A stretch of 64,000 nucleotides of DNA from an uncultured Erysipelotrichaceae bacterium (lineage in GTDB: Bacteria; Bacillota_I; Bacilli_A; RF39; UBA660): the NCBI GenBank assembly GCA_902798815.1, contig CADBYH010000001.1:69554-133553 (forward strand), read 5' to 3'. Under the pieces are notes generated by a model. The model did not search any database and was not told where the DNA came from. It saw only the letters and a list, made by a program, of their open reading frames with translations. How positions within the stretch are numbered: the stretch's first letter is position 1; every line of letters begins with the position of its first letter. Made by a program: the position numbers and the translations under genes. Positions 55,306 through 64,000 of this stretch are shown here, in pieces.

Positions 55306-56445
55306 TCAATCCTTTATTATTCTAACATTATATTTTTTATAAAAATCACTATCATTCATAAATAAATCATCATATGATTCACTATTAATAATATTAAATC
55401 TTTCTTTAACTAAATCAAAATTAAATAATAAATACTCTGGATTATTAAAAATAATACCTAATATACCCTTACTTTTATAAAAAGATAATTTTTCTTTAAC
55501 AGAAATGTAATTATATCCTAAAAGTAAAGGAGTATCAATAATTATTTGTTTAATCTTTATACTATCAAAACCAAACTTTTTAAAATTATCAAAACAATTA
55601 TTAATATATTCAATAGAATACAATAATATATAAGGATTACTAATAGTGATTTCAACTATATCCTTATTAGTAAAAGACAACTTATTTAAATTGTCAATCT
55701 TTTTAGGTAATTCATTCCAATAATAATCTTTTAAAATAATAGGTATTTTTTTAATAATTCCCACAATATTCTTTTTAGAATATCCATAATCTAATAAGTA
55801 AACAATAATATTATTAATTCTATCATTATCAACAATAAATAAATTAGGAGAATATGTAGTAATTTTAATTACTTCATTTTTAGTAAAACCTAAATTACTA
55901 ATATCATTTAATCTTTTTTCAATATTCTTTAAAGATATATCTAATAGACTAGGGCACATTTCAAATAAATATGATAAATCGCTATAACCATATTCTTTAA
56001 AAAACTTTAGTCTTTTATCAATTAAAGAAATATCTACATTTAATAATTCTGGATAATTAATAAAAATATTATTAATTGCTTTATTAGTAAAACCAAAACT
56101 ATAAAAGAATTTATATTTATTATCAATCTTATTTATAGACATATCAATAATATAAGGATATTTATTAATTAATTCAAATATGTCAATTTTATTAAGACTA
56201 TAATTACTTAATTCAAATACTCTTACTTTAATATTTTCTAAACTTGTACAAATAATATTTGGAATAGTAATTGTAATATTAATAATATCTTCATTACTAA
56301 GTCCGTTTCTAGAAAAGTATGAATTAATACTTTTAAAATTATATAGTATGTCAGAATCAGATCTGTTTTTTAAAAAATATGAAGATTTAATTAATTTAAT
56401 TTGTTCACTGGAATATCCAAACGCTAACATATAATCATCCAACAT
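55306..56445 (-). CDS. mTERF-like helical repeat protein
   Basis: Ten or more ~30-35 aa repeats of the form [FL]G[FY][ST]xxx[IV]xxxIxxxPx[IL]Lxx[SD]xxx[IL]xx[KR]xxF. Examples: FGYSSEQIKLI, NGLSNEDIINITITIPNIICTSLENIKVRV, FGFTNKAINNIFINYPELLNVDISLIDKRLKFF, YGYSDLSYLFEMCPSLLDISLKNIEKRL, LGFTKNEVIKITTYSPNLF, FGFDSIKIKQIIIDTPLLL. Confidence 0.65.
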   Translation of the reverse strand: MLDDYMLAFGYSSEQIKLIKSSYFLKNRSDSDILYNFKSINSYFSRNGLSNEDIINITITIPNIICTSLENIKVRVFELSNYSLNKIDIFELINKYPYIIDMSINKIDNKYKFFYSFGFTNKAINNIFINYPELLNVDISLIDKRLKFFKEYGYSDLSYLFEMCPSLLDISLKNIEKRLNDISNLGFTKNEVIKITTYSPNLFIVDNDRINNIIVYLLDYGYSKKNIVGIIKKIPIILKDYYWNELPKKIDNLNKLSFTNKDIVEITISNPYILLYSIEYINNCFDNFKKFGFDSIKIKQIIIDTPLLLGYNYISVKEKLSFYKSKGILGIIFNNPEYLLFNFDLVKERFNIINSESYDDLFMNDSDFYKKYNVRIIKD

Positions 56446-56528
56446 ACATAAACACCTCGAAATTATTATAGCATAATTTTCATAAATAGTTTATAATGAA
56501 TATATAATATGAATAAGGAAGTGATTAA

Positions 56529-57236
56529 ATGCTTAATATATTTGATGTTGGTATTATTCTATTATTAATATTATTTATTATATTAGGAATAAAAAAAGGC
56601 GTTATTAAAGAATTAGTATCACTTGTAGGTATAATAATAGTATTTATATTATCTTGGAGTTTAAAAGGAATTATAGGTAATTTTTTATGCATAATATTAC
56701 CATTCTTTAAATTTACTGGAATAATTGAAGGGATGAGTTCGTTAAATATTCTCTTATATCAAGCAATTGCCTTTATAATAGTATTTAGTTTATTAATGGG
56801 ATTATATGGATTATCATTAAAATTATCAAGAGTTATTCAAAAAATAGTTAATATGACAATTATTTTATGGTTACCATCTAAACTATTAGGAGGAGTAGTA
56901 TCCTTTATAAAAGGATATTTAGTATTATTTATAGTATTTGTATTTTTAATGATTCCATTAGGAAAATTTTCAGTATTTAATGAAAGTAAAATAATAAATT
57001 ATATGTTATACGAAACACCTGTATTATCAAAATATACTAATTCATTTACAGAACCAATAGTAAATATATTTGATTTAGCAGAAGATGTCTCAAAAAATAA
57101 AACTAGTATTAATGATGCTAATGTAAAAGCAATTGGAATTATTTTAAAATATAATATTTGTGATGAAAAAACTATAAATAAATTAATAGAATTAAATAAA
57201 TTAGATAATATTAATGGTATTGAGAAAATATTATAG
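56529..57236 (+). CDS. cvpA: CvpA family membrane protein
   Basis: N-terminal MLNIFDVGIILLLILFIILGIKKGVIKEL and four TM segments. Neighbouring rnhC matches Bacillus synteny. Confidence 0.7.
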   Translation: MLNIFDVGIILLLILFIILGIKKGVIKELVSLVGIIIVFILSWSLKGIIGNFLCIILPFFKFTGIIEGMSSLNILLYQAIAFIIVFSLLMGLYGLSLKLSRVIQKIVNMTIILWLPSKLLGGVVSFIKGYLVLFIVFVFLMIPLGKFSVFNESKIINYMLYETPVLSKYTNSFTEPIVNIFDLAEDVSKNKTSINDANVKAIGIILKYNICDEKTINKLIELNKLDNINGIEKIL

Positions 57237-57244
57237 GAGGTATT

Positions 57245-57535
57245 ATGAATCATATAAAAACAGAAAATGAATTTAATGAAGTAATAAAAAAAGATAGAGT
57301 ATTAATAGATTTTTATGCAGATTGGTGTAATCCATGTAAAATGATGGAAATGATATTAGAAGATGTAGAAGATATAGAAATATATAAAGTAGATGTAGAT
57401 AGATTTAGAAAAATAGCAAAAGATTATAAAGTACTATCAATTCCAGCAATTAAAATATTTAGTAATGGAAAAGTAGAAAAAGAATCAGTAGGATTTATGT
57501 CTAGAGAAGAATTAAATAATTTTATAAAGGAGTAA
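57245..57535 (+). CDS. trxA: thioredoxin
   Basis: WCNPCK active site (WCxPC), ~96 aa, and IPAIKIF (cis-Pro loop). Confidence 0.8.
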   Translation: MNHIKTENEFNEVIKKDRVLIDFYADWCNPCKMMEMILEDVEDIEIYKVDVDRFRKIAKDYKVLSIPAIKIFSNGKVEKESVGFMSREELNNFIKE

Positions 57536-57541
57536 TGTATA

Positions 57542-57850
57542 ATGTTTTGTGTTAAGTGTGGTACTAAATTAGAAGAAAATGCTAAGTTTTGTGTTAAATG
57601 CGGAAAAGAAGTAGTTAAAGATATTAAAGTAAAGAAAACAACTTCAGATCAACCTATAAAAAAACAACCAGAACCAAAAATAGTATATATAAAAGATGAA
57701 CCAATAGAACCATTAATGGATACAAAAACAATAGTTGCAATAATGTTATCAATAGTAACAATTTCTATTATTTTAATAATATGCATATCACTTACATTAG
57801 GAGCAACAAGAGGAGCGTTACTTGGATTAACTAAAGGACTAGGAATATAA
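57542..57850 (+). CDS. zinc-ribbon membrane protein
   Basis: MFCVKCGTKL...KFCVKCGKEV zinc ribbon plus a C-terminal TM helix. Confidence 0.55.
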   Translation: MFCVKCGTKLEENAKFCVKCGKEVVKDIKVKKTTSDQPIKKQPEPKIVYIKDEPIEPLMDTKTIVAIMLSIVTISIILIICISLTLGATRGALLGLTKGLGI

Positions 57851-57859
57851 GGAGAGAAT

Positions 57860-58048
57860 ATGTATTGTAAAAAGTGTGGATGCAAGATAGATAAAGACTC
57901 AGTTTATTGTGATAGTTGTGGGGCATCTCTTATGAATAATAAATCAGAATTAAAAGAAAAAAAAGCAAGTAAAAGTATACTATTAATTATAGGATTAATA
58001 CTTTTAGGATTAATATTATTCTTTGTTTTTGGGGCATTAAAAAAATAA
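57860..58048 (+). CDS. zinc-ribbon membrane protein
   Basis: MYCKKCGCKI...VYCDSCGASL zinc ribbon plus a C-terminal TM helix. A terminator follows at ~58057-58078. Confidence 0.55.
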   Translation: MYCKKCGCKIDKDSVYCDSCGASLMNNKSELKEKKASKSILLIIGLILLGLILFFVFGALKK

Positions 58049-58161
58049 AAAATATTAAAGACCATGAAGGTCTTTTTTATTGACTATAGAACATATATAT
58101 GGTATAATATGCGATAGATTTAAATCACATTACATATATATGAGAGGGGGAAGTGATTTAA

Positions 58162-58938
58162 ATGAGAAGAAGATATTTAAATAGTTTAATAGATGATAAT
58201 AATGAAGAAATTTCAAGAATAGGAAAGACATCAGGTAAAAAAGAATCAAAACTAGGAGTTGCAGCATTATTATTAACAATTCTTGGTGGTATTGTATTAT
58301 GCGGTTCAGCAGCAGTAGGTATTCCAATTCTAGGTGCAGGTATTTCAATATTCAGTGCTAGAAATAAATCAATAAAAAGAAAAGAAGCAGAAATTGCTAG
58401 ATTAAATGCAGAAAATGATCATTTAAGATCAGTTGAAAGTAACGGAATAGATGCAAGAACTGAAACAAACCAAAGAAGACAAGAAAGATTAAGTGCATTA
58501 GAAACAGAAGCAAGAGAAGAGAAAGAAACATTAGATGCATGTAGAAAAAGAAATAGAAGAATAGCAATAGGAATTGGTGTTGCAGCGGCAGCAGGATTAA
58601 TATTTGGAGGATTAGCAATATGGGCAGCTCCAGTATTAGCATTTGTTAAATTTAGAAGAGATAAAGAAACTGCATTAAGACAAAAACATTATGAAGGTAC
58701 ATTAACTAAAATTAATAATATTAAAAACGATGTAAATATTATTAACTATTCAACAAATAATGGAGGAAATCAACCACAACAACAAACTAATAATAATCAA
58801 CAACAACCAGGAAGAAGATTTAGATTAAGAAGACGTTATACTCCTCAACAAGTAAGAACAGTAAATAACTATGTTAATAGTCAAGCAAATCCACAACCTG
58901 CCCCACAACAAGGAGGACCAAGGTTGGTAAGAAGATAA
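58162..58938 (+). CDS. hypothetical TM/coiled-coil/TM protein with Q/N/R-rich tail
   Basis: TTGACT...TGGTATAAT promoter and SD GAGGGGGAAG. Two Gly/Ala-rich TM regions flank a charged coiled coil. Tail sequence: NGGNQPQQQTNNNQQQPGRRFRLRRRY. Confidence 0.6.
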   Translation: MRRRYLNSLIDDNNEEISRIGKTSGKKESKLGVAALLLTILGGIVLCGSAAVGIPILGAGISIFSARNKSIKRKEAEIARLNAENDHLRSVESNGIDARTETNQRRQERLSALETEAREEKETLDACRKRNRRIAIGIGVAAAAGLIFGGLAIWAAPVLAFVKFRRDKETALRQKHYEGTLTKINNIKNDVNIINYSTNNGGNQPQQQTNNNQQQPGRRFRLRRRYTPQQVRTVNNYVNSQANPQPAPQQGGPRLVRR

Positions 58939-58939
58939 A

Positions 58940-59764
58940 ATGGGAAACTTAGATATAGAGTTTAATGTAGAAGATCCTAAAAACATCTCTAAAGATGAAA
59001 TGTTAAAAGGAATGGAAGCAGAAACTTTTGAAGAACTAGAAGAAAGAAAAGCATATAGAAAAAAACAAAAAACAAGAGATAATGTTATTCTTGGGTTATC
59101 TATAGCATTATCATCACTAAGTGCTTTAATAGGAAATATTCCATTAGCTATATCATTCTTAGGATATATTATTATTCATGCAACAGAAAAATTCAAACAT
59201 GAAGAAATATATAATAGTAATATTGATAGAATAAATAAAGAAATTCAGAATTATAAAAAGTTGAAAAAGCAAAATAATTCAACTGAATCAAAAGATGATA
59301 TAGAAGAACACTTAAAAAGAATAACAAATAGTACTTTGAGTACTATGTACCAAGAAAGTATAGCAAATGCAACAAATAAAGTAGATTCAATTGTTACTTT
59401 AATTGCAACACTTTCAATTCTTTTAGGAATATTACTAGGAGGAATGGTTACTCCAGCATTAGCACTTATTGGACCAGTAGTATCATGCGTTAAACTATTA
59501 ACAGATAAAATATCAGTAAAAAATTACAAATGCTTAGACGAATCACTATTAGATTTAAAAACAAAATTTGCAGAGTTGAATGTCGCAAGTATCAATTACT
59601 ATAATTCTTTAGAAAAAGAAAAAGCAAAAGAACAATCAGAATTAGATAAATCAGAAACTAAAGAAAAAACATATAGTGAAGAAGATATTAAGGTTGTAGA
59701 TGAATACGTTGAATCTTTAGCAAAAGATGAAACAGACATTAATAAATCAAGAGTAAAGAAATAA
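58940..59764 (+). CDS. hypothetical TM/coiled-coil/TM protein
   Basis: The start is 1 nt after the previous stop. It has the same TM-coil-TM topology as the upstream gene. A terminator follows at 59751-59780. Confidence 0.6.
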   Translation: MGNLDIEFNVEDPKNISKDEMLKGMEAETFEELEERKAYRKKQKTRDNVILGLSIALSSLSALIGNIPLAISFLGYIIIHATEKFKHEEIYNSNIDRINKEIQNYKKLKKQNNSTESKDDIEEHLKRITNSTLSTMYQESIANATNKVDSIVTLIATLSILLGILLGGMVTPALALIGPVVSCVKLLTDKISVKNYKCLDESLLDLKTKFAELNVASINYYNSLEKEKAKEQSELDKSETKEKTYSEEDIKVVDEYVESLAKDETDINKSRVKK

Positions 59765-59877
59765 CTTTACTCTTTTTTTTGTATATAAATAATTTTAATA
59801 CTAAAAAAGCATTGTTTTTCTTGTAACTACAACGTCTATTTGGTATACTATGTATTGTGATAAGGAGGAATCATATA

Positions 59878-62508
59878 ATGCACAAATATGTATATTTATT
59901 TAAAGAAGGAAATGCTGATATGCGTGAATTACTTGGTGGTAAGGGTGCAAACTTAGCAGAAATGACTAATATTGGTCTACCAGTTCCACAAGGATTTACA
60001 ATTACAACAGAAGCATGTACTCAATATTATGAAGATGGAAGAGAAATTAATAAGGATATCCAAAAACAAATTAATGAGTACATTGTAAAAATGGAAGAAA
60101 TCACTGGTAAAAAATTTGGTGATAAAGAAAACCCATTATTAGTATCAGTAAGATCAGGAGCAAGAGCTTCAATGCCTGGTATGATGGATACAATTCTTAA
60201 CTTAGGATTAAACGAAGAAGTTGTTGAAGTATTAGCAGAAAAATCTAAAAATCCTCGTTGGGCATGGGATTGTTATAGAAGATTTATTCAAATGTATTCC
60301 GACGTTGTTATGGAAGTTGGAAAGAAATATTTTGAAGAATTAATCGATAAGATGAAAGCTAAAAAAGGAGTTACTCAAGACGTTGAATTAGATGCTGATG
60401 ACTTAAAAGAATTAGCAACACAATTCAAGAAAGAGTATAAAAAGAAAATTGGTAGTGAATTCCCAACTGATCCAAAAGAACAATTAATGGGAGCTATCAA
60501 AGCAGTATTCCGTTCATGGGATAACCCAAGAGCAAATGTTTATAGAAGAGATAATGATATTCCATATTCATGGGGAACAGCTGTAAATGTTCAATCAATG
60601 GCATTTGGTAACATGGGAGACGACTGTGGTACAGGTGTTGCATTTACAAGAGACCCAGCAACTGGAGAAAAAGGATTATTTGGAGAATTTTTAACAAATG
60701 CACAAGGAGAAGATGTTGTTGCAGGAGTTAGAACACCAATGCATATATCTGAAATGGAAGATAAATTCCCTGAAGCATTTAAACAATTTACAGAAGTTTG
60801 TAAAACTCTAGAAAATCATTATAGAGATATGCAAGATATGGAATTTACAGTAGAACATGGAAAATTATTCATGTTACAAACAAGAAATGGTAAGAGAACT
60901 GCTCAAGCTGCTTTAAAAATTGCTTGTGACTTAGTAGATGAAGGAATGAGAACAGAAGAAGAAGCAGTAGCAATGATCGATCCAAGAAACTTAGATACAT
61001 TACTACACCCACAATTTGATGCAGATGCATTAAAGAAAGCTACACCTGCAGGAAAAGGTTTAGGAGCATCTCCTGGAGCTGCTTGTGGTAAAGTAGTATT
61101 TACTGCTGATGATGCAGTAGAATGGGCTGCAAAGAAAGAAAAAGTTGTATTAGTAAGACTTGAAACTTCACCAGAAGATATTACTGGTATGAAAGCTAGC
61201 CAAGGTATCTTAACAGTTCGTGGAGGAATGACTTCACACGCTGCAGTAGTTGCTCGTGGTATGGGAACTTGCTGCGTATCTGGATGTGGAGATATCCAAA
61301 TGAATGAAGATAAGAAAGAATTTAAACTAAATGGTAAAACTTACCATGAAGGAGATTATATTTCAATTGATGGATCTACTGGAAATATCTATGATGGAAT
61401 TATTAAAACAGTAGATGCTAAGATAGCTGGAGAATTTGGACGTGTAATGGAATGGGCTGACAAGATCAGAACATTAAAAGTTAGAACAAACGCAGATACT
61501 CCAAGAGATACAAAGAAAGCAATTGAATTAGGTGCAGAAGGTATTGGACTTTGCCGTACAGAGCATATGTTCTTCGATGAAGAAAGAATCTTCAACTTAA
61601 GAAGAATGATTTTATCTGAAACAGAAGAAGATAGAGAAAAATATCTTAACTTATTAATTCCATATCAAAAGAGCGATTTCAAAGCAATGTATAAGGAATT
61701 AAAAGGTCTACCAATGACAGTTAGATATATTGATCCACCTCTACATGAATTCATTCCAAAAACTAAAGAAGAAATTAAAGAATTAGCTGATGCTATGGGA
61801 ATGACTGCTGCTCATATTAAAGCAGTATGTGATGAATTACACGAATTCAACCCAATGATGGGACACAGAGGATGTCGTTTAGCTGTAACTTATCCAGAAA
61901 TAGCTAGAATGCAAACAAGAGCTTTAATTGAAGCTGCAATCGAAGTTAAGAAAGAAAAAGGATATGATATCGTACCTGAGATTATGATCCCACTTGTAGG
62001 AGAAGTTAAAGAGTTAAAATATGTTAAAAATATAGTAGTAGAAACTGCAGAATTAGTTAAGAAAGAAAAGAAATCAGACATTGAATATCATATTGGTACA
62101 ATGATTGAAATTCCAAGAGCAGCATTAACTGCTGATGAAATAGCAAAAGAAGCTGAATTCTTCTCATTCGGAACAAATGACTTAACTCAAATGACATTTG
62201 GATTCTCAAGAGATGATGCAGGTAAGTTCTTAGATGCTTACTATGACAAGAAGATCTTCGAAAATGATCCATTTGCAAAACTAGATCAAGTAGGAGTTGG
62301 AAAACTTGTTAAAATGGCTGTAGAAGCAGGAAAAGCAACTCGTCCTGATATCAAATTAGGAATCTGTGGAGAACACGGTGGAGATCCATCAAGTGTTGAA
62401 TTCTGTCATAATGCAGGATTAACATATGTATCTTGCTCACCATTTAGAGTACCAATTGCAAGACTTGCTGCTGCACAAGCTGCAATCAAAGCAAAAAACA
62501 ATAAGTAA
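59878..62508 (+). CDS. ppdK: pyruvate, phosphate dikinase
   Basis: MHKYVYLFKEG....LLGGKGANLAEM start, phospho-His motif GGMTSHAAVVARGMG, and C-terminal PEP-utilising motif GICGEHGGDP. ATG at 59878 follows AAGGAGG, so the track GTG at 59857 is rejected. Confidence 0.95.
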   Translation: MHKYVYLFKEGNADMRELLGGKGANLAEMTNIGLPVPQGFTITTEACTQYYEDGREINKDIQKQINEYIVKMEEITGKKFGDKENPLLVSVRSGARASMPGMMDTILNLGLNEEVVEVLAEKSKNPRWAWDCYRRFIQMYSDVVMEVGKKYFEELIDKMKAKKGVTQDVELDADDLKELATQFKKEYKKKIGSEFPTDPKEQLMGAIKAVFRSWDNPRANVYRRDNDIPYSWGTAVNVQSMAFGNMGDDCGTGVAFTRDPATGEKGLFGEFLTNAQGEDVVAGVRTPMHISEMEDKFPEAFKQFTEVCKTLENHYRDMQDMEFTVEHGKLFMLQTRNGKRTAQAALKIACDLVDEGMRTEEEAVAMIDPRNLDTLLHPQFDADALKKATPAGKGLGASPGAACGKVVFTADDAVEWAAKKEKVVLVRLETSPEDITGMKASQGILTVRGGMTSHAAVVARGMGTCCVSGCGDIQMNEDKKEFKLNGKTYHEGDYISIDGSTGNIYDGIIKTVDAKIAGEFGRVMEWADKIRTLKVRTNADTPRDTKKAIELGAEGIGLCRTEHMFFDEERIFNLRRMILSETEEDREKYLNLLIPYQKSDFKAMYKELKGLPMTVRYIDPPLHEFIPKTKEEIKELADAMGMTAAHIKAVCDELHEFNPMMGHRGCRLAVTYPEIARMQTRALIEAAIEVKKEKGYDIVPEIMIPLVGEVKELKYVKNIVVETAELVKKEKKSDIEYHIGTMIEIPRAALTADEIAKEAEFFSFGTNDLTQMTFGFSRDDAGKFLDAYYDKKIFENDPFAKLDQVGVGKLVKMAVEAGKATRPDIKLGICGEHGGDPSSVEFCHNAGLTYVSCSPFRVPIARLAAAQAAIKAKNNK

Positions 62509-62518
62509 TTAAATAAAT

Positions 62519-62544
62519 AAGACTAGAGAAATCTAGTCTTTTTT
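62519..62544 (+). terminator. intrinsic terminator after ppdK
   Basis: AAGACTAGA / TCTAGTCTT hairpin plus a T-run. Confidence 0.7.
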
Positions 62545-62599
62545 GTTATAATGAAAATGAATGTTATTAATATTCTGTTAAAATGAATGGAGGATTATC

Positions 62600-64000
62600 A
62601 TGAATAAAGAATTAGGTTATGTAAGAGTTGGTGCGTTAATACCAGAATTAAAAGTTGGTAATACAGTTTATAACACTAAAACAATTATTGAAAATATTAA
62701 AAAGATGGAAAAGGAAGGAGTAAATATTGTTGTTACACCAGAATTATCCATTACTGGATATACATGTGCAGATTTATTTTTTCAAGATGTGCTTCTAAAT
62801 GATGCACTTAAAGGATTAAAAAAAATAATAGAAGAAACAAAGGATTCTAAAATAATTAGTATAATAGGAATACCATTAAAGTGCGATAACCAACTATTTA
62901 ATGTAGCAGTTGTAATTAATAAAGGAAAAATTCTTGGAATTGTTCCTAAAACATATATTCCAAATTATAATGAATTTTATGAAAAAAGATGGTTTAAAAC
63001 AAGTCATTCTTTAATAAGTAAAACTATTAAATTGTTTGGGCATGAAGTTCCTATTGGAGTTGATTTATTGTTTAGAGATAGTAGCAATAACGATATGACA
63101 TTTGGAATAGAAATATGTGAAGACTTATGGAGTCCTAAGACACCAAGTACGGATGCAGCTCTAGCTGGTGCAACAATGATATTTAACTTATCTGCATCAA
63201 ATGAAATAATTGGTAAAAAAGAATATCGAAAAAGTTTAATAAGTAATCAATCTGCAAAATCAGTGTGTGCATATATCTATGCGTCGTCTGGAGTAAATGA
63301 ATCAAGTACTGATCTAGTATTTGGGGGATATGCAGGAATTTATGAAAATGGTAGTCTTCTAAAAGAAAATGAAAGATTCAATTTTGAAAGTAGTTATATA
63401 TATGAAGATGTAGATATTCAAAGAATTAGTAATAATAGAATAAAAGACATTAGTTATATGGGAGTTAAGCCAGATATTGATTATAGGATTATTGATATTG
63501 ATATAGAAGGAAACGATAAGGAATTAACTAGAAATTATGATATTTATCCATTCGTTCCAAAAGATAACAATAAGAGAGAAGAAAGATGTAAGGAAATAAT
63601 AACTATTCAAGCGTGTGGATTAGCAAAAAGGCTAAAACATACTAATATAAAAAAATGTGTAATTGGGGTAAGTGGTGGTCTAGATTCAACACTAGCATTT
63701 CTAGTAATTATAGATGCATATAAGAGACTTGGAATAAGTAATGATAATTTAATAGCAATTACAATGCCGGGTTTTGGTACAACAGGAAGAACATATCAAA
63801 ATGCAATTAATTTAATGAAGAGCTACAATGTTACTTGGAAAGAAATAAGTATCAAAGAAGCTTCATTACAGCACTTTAAAGACATTGGTATTAGTGAAAG
63901 CGATAGAAGTGTTACTTATGAAAATACGCAAGCAAGAGAAAGAACTCAAATATTAATGGACATTGCTAACAAAGAAGGAGCGTTAGTAATCGGAACAGGT
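62600..64000 (+). CDS. nadE: glutamine-dependent NAD+ synthetase (N-terminal CN-hydrolase + NAD synthase), 3' end beyond window
   Basis: Absent from the ORF track because it runs off the window. ATG follows GGAGGA. Nitrilase-type motifs are present (VVTPELSITGY, FGIEICEDLW). The ATP pyrophosphatase SGGxDS motif (GVSGGLDST) appears at ~63670. Confidence 0.85.
   Translation, partial: MNKELGYVRVGALIPELKVGNTVYNTKTIIENIKKMEKEGVNIVVTPELSITGYTCADLFFQDVLLNDALKGLKKIIEETKDSKIISIIGIPLKCDNQLFNVAVVINKGKILGIVPKTYIPNYNEFYEKRWFKTSHSLISKTIKLFGHEVPIGVDLLFRDSSNNDMTFGIEICEDLWSPKTPSTDAALAGATMIFNLSASNEIIGKKEYRKSLISNQSAKSVCAYIYASSGVNESSTDLVFGGYAGIYENGSLLKENERFNFESSYIYEDVDIQRISNNRIKDISYMGVKPDIDYRIIDIDIEGNDKELTRNYDIYPFVPKDNNKREERCKEIITIQACGLAKRLKHTNIKKCVIGVSGGLDSTLAFLVIIDAYKRLGISNDNLIAITMPGFGTTGRTYQNAINLMKSYNVTWKEISIKEASLQHFKDIGISESDRSVTYENTQARERTQILMDIANKEGALVIGTG

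Noticed and set aside
1-64000. Mollicutes-type genetic code (TGA=Trp), considered because of the very low GC content.
   Set aside because: TGA clearly terminates several well-defined genes (yceD at 7514-7516, the Fe-ADH at 24502-24504, and the ylbD- and ylbF-like genes as ATGA overlaps). Conserved proteins (DnaK, PpdK, AddA, ParC) are full length under code 11.
1-64000. CRISPR arrays, IS elements or transposases, integrases, prophage genes, tRNA or rRNA genes.
   Set aside because: I found no direct-repeat/spacer arrays, no DDE or serine/tyrosine recombinase motifs, and no tRNA-like cloverleaf candidates in the intergenic regions longer than 100 bp.

Overview
The window is a strongly AT-rich chromosomal segment from a low-GC Firmicutes-type (Bacilli or Erysipelotrichia-like) genome. 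It uses the standard bacterial code: TGA, TAA and TAG all act as stops, and most genes have GGAGG-type Shine-Dalgarno sites. Almost all genes lie on the + strand. I saw no rRNA, tRNA, CRISPR array, transposase or integrase. Recognisable housekeeping blocks are yceD-rpmF, addB-addA, parE-parC, ylbD/E/F-rsmD, hrcA-grpE-dnaK-(pepF)-dnaJ behind two CIRCE operators, thyA-folA, an L,D-transpeptidase, rnhC, cvpA, thioredoxin, ppdK and nadE. Accessory content sits between these blocks. (1) Two paralogous giant proteins (830 and 1092 aa) start with a canonical type IV prepilin leader and continue as long chains of Ig-like modules. A third pilin-leader protein elsewhere carries a ricin-type lectin. No pilus assembly genes are in the window. 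(2) A four-gene phosphonate cluster has a Fom1-like cytidylyltransferase-PEP mutase fusion. (3) Two related leader RNAs, with compensatory base changes between them, fit the yybP-ykoY (Mn2+) riboswitch architecture but lack the P4 hairpin. They bracket an ~11 kb block of uncharacterised genes. That block includes an operon encoding a degenerate PHP-fold protein, a 1297-aa repeat protein, a degenerate HD-fold protein separated from it by a single in-frame TAA, and a zinc-ribbon membrane protein. (4) Two adjacent mTERF-like repeat proteins lie next to rnhC. (5) Ribosomal protein L32 carries an N-terminal extension that closely mimics the Prp-cleaved propeptide of Firmicutes L27. All functional calls come from motif recognition by eye and need HMM or structure confirmation.
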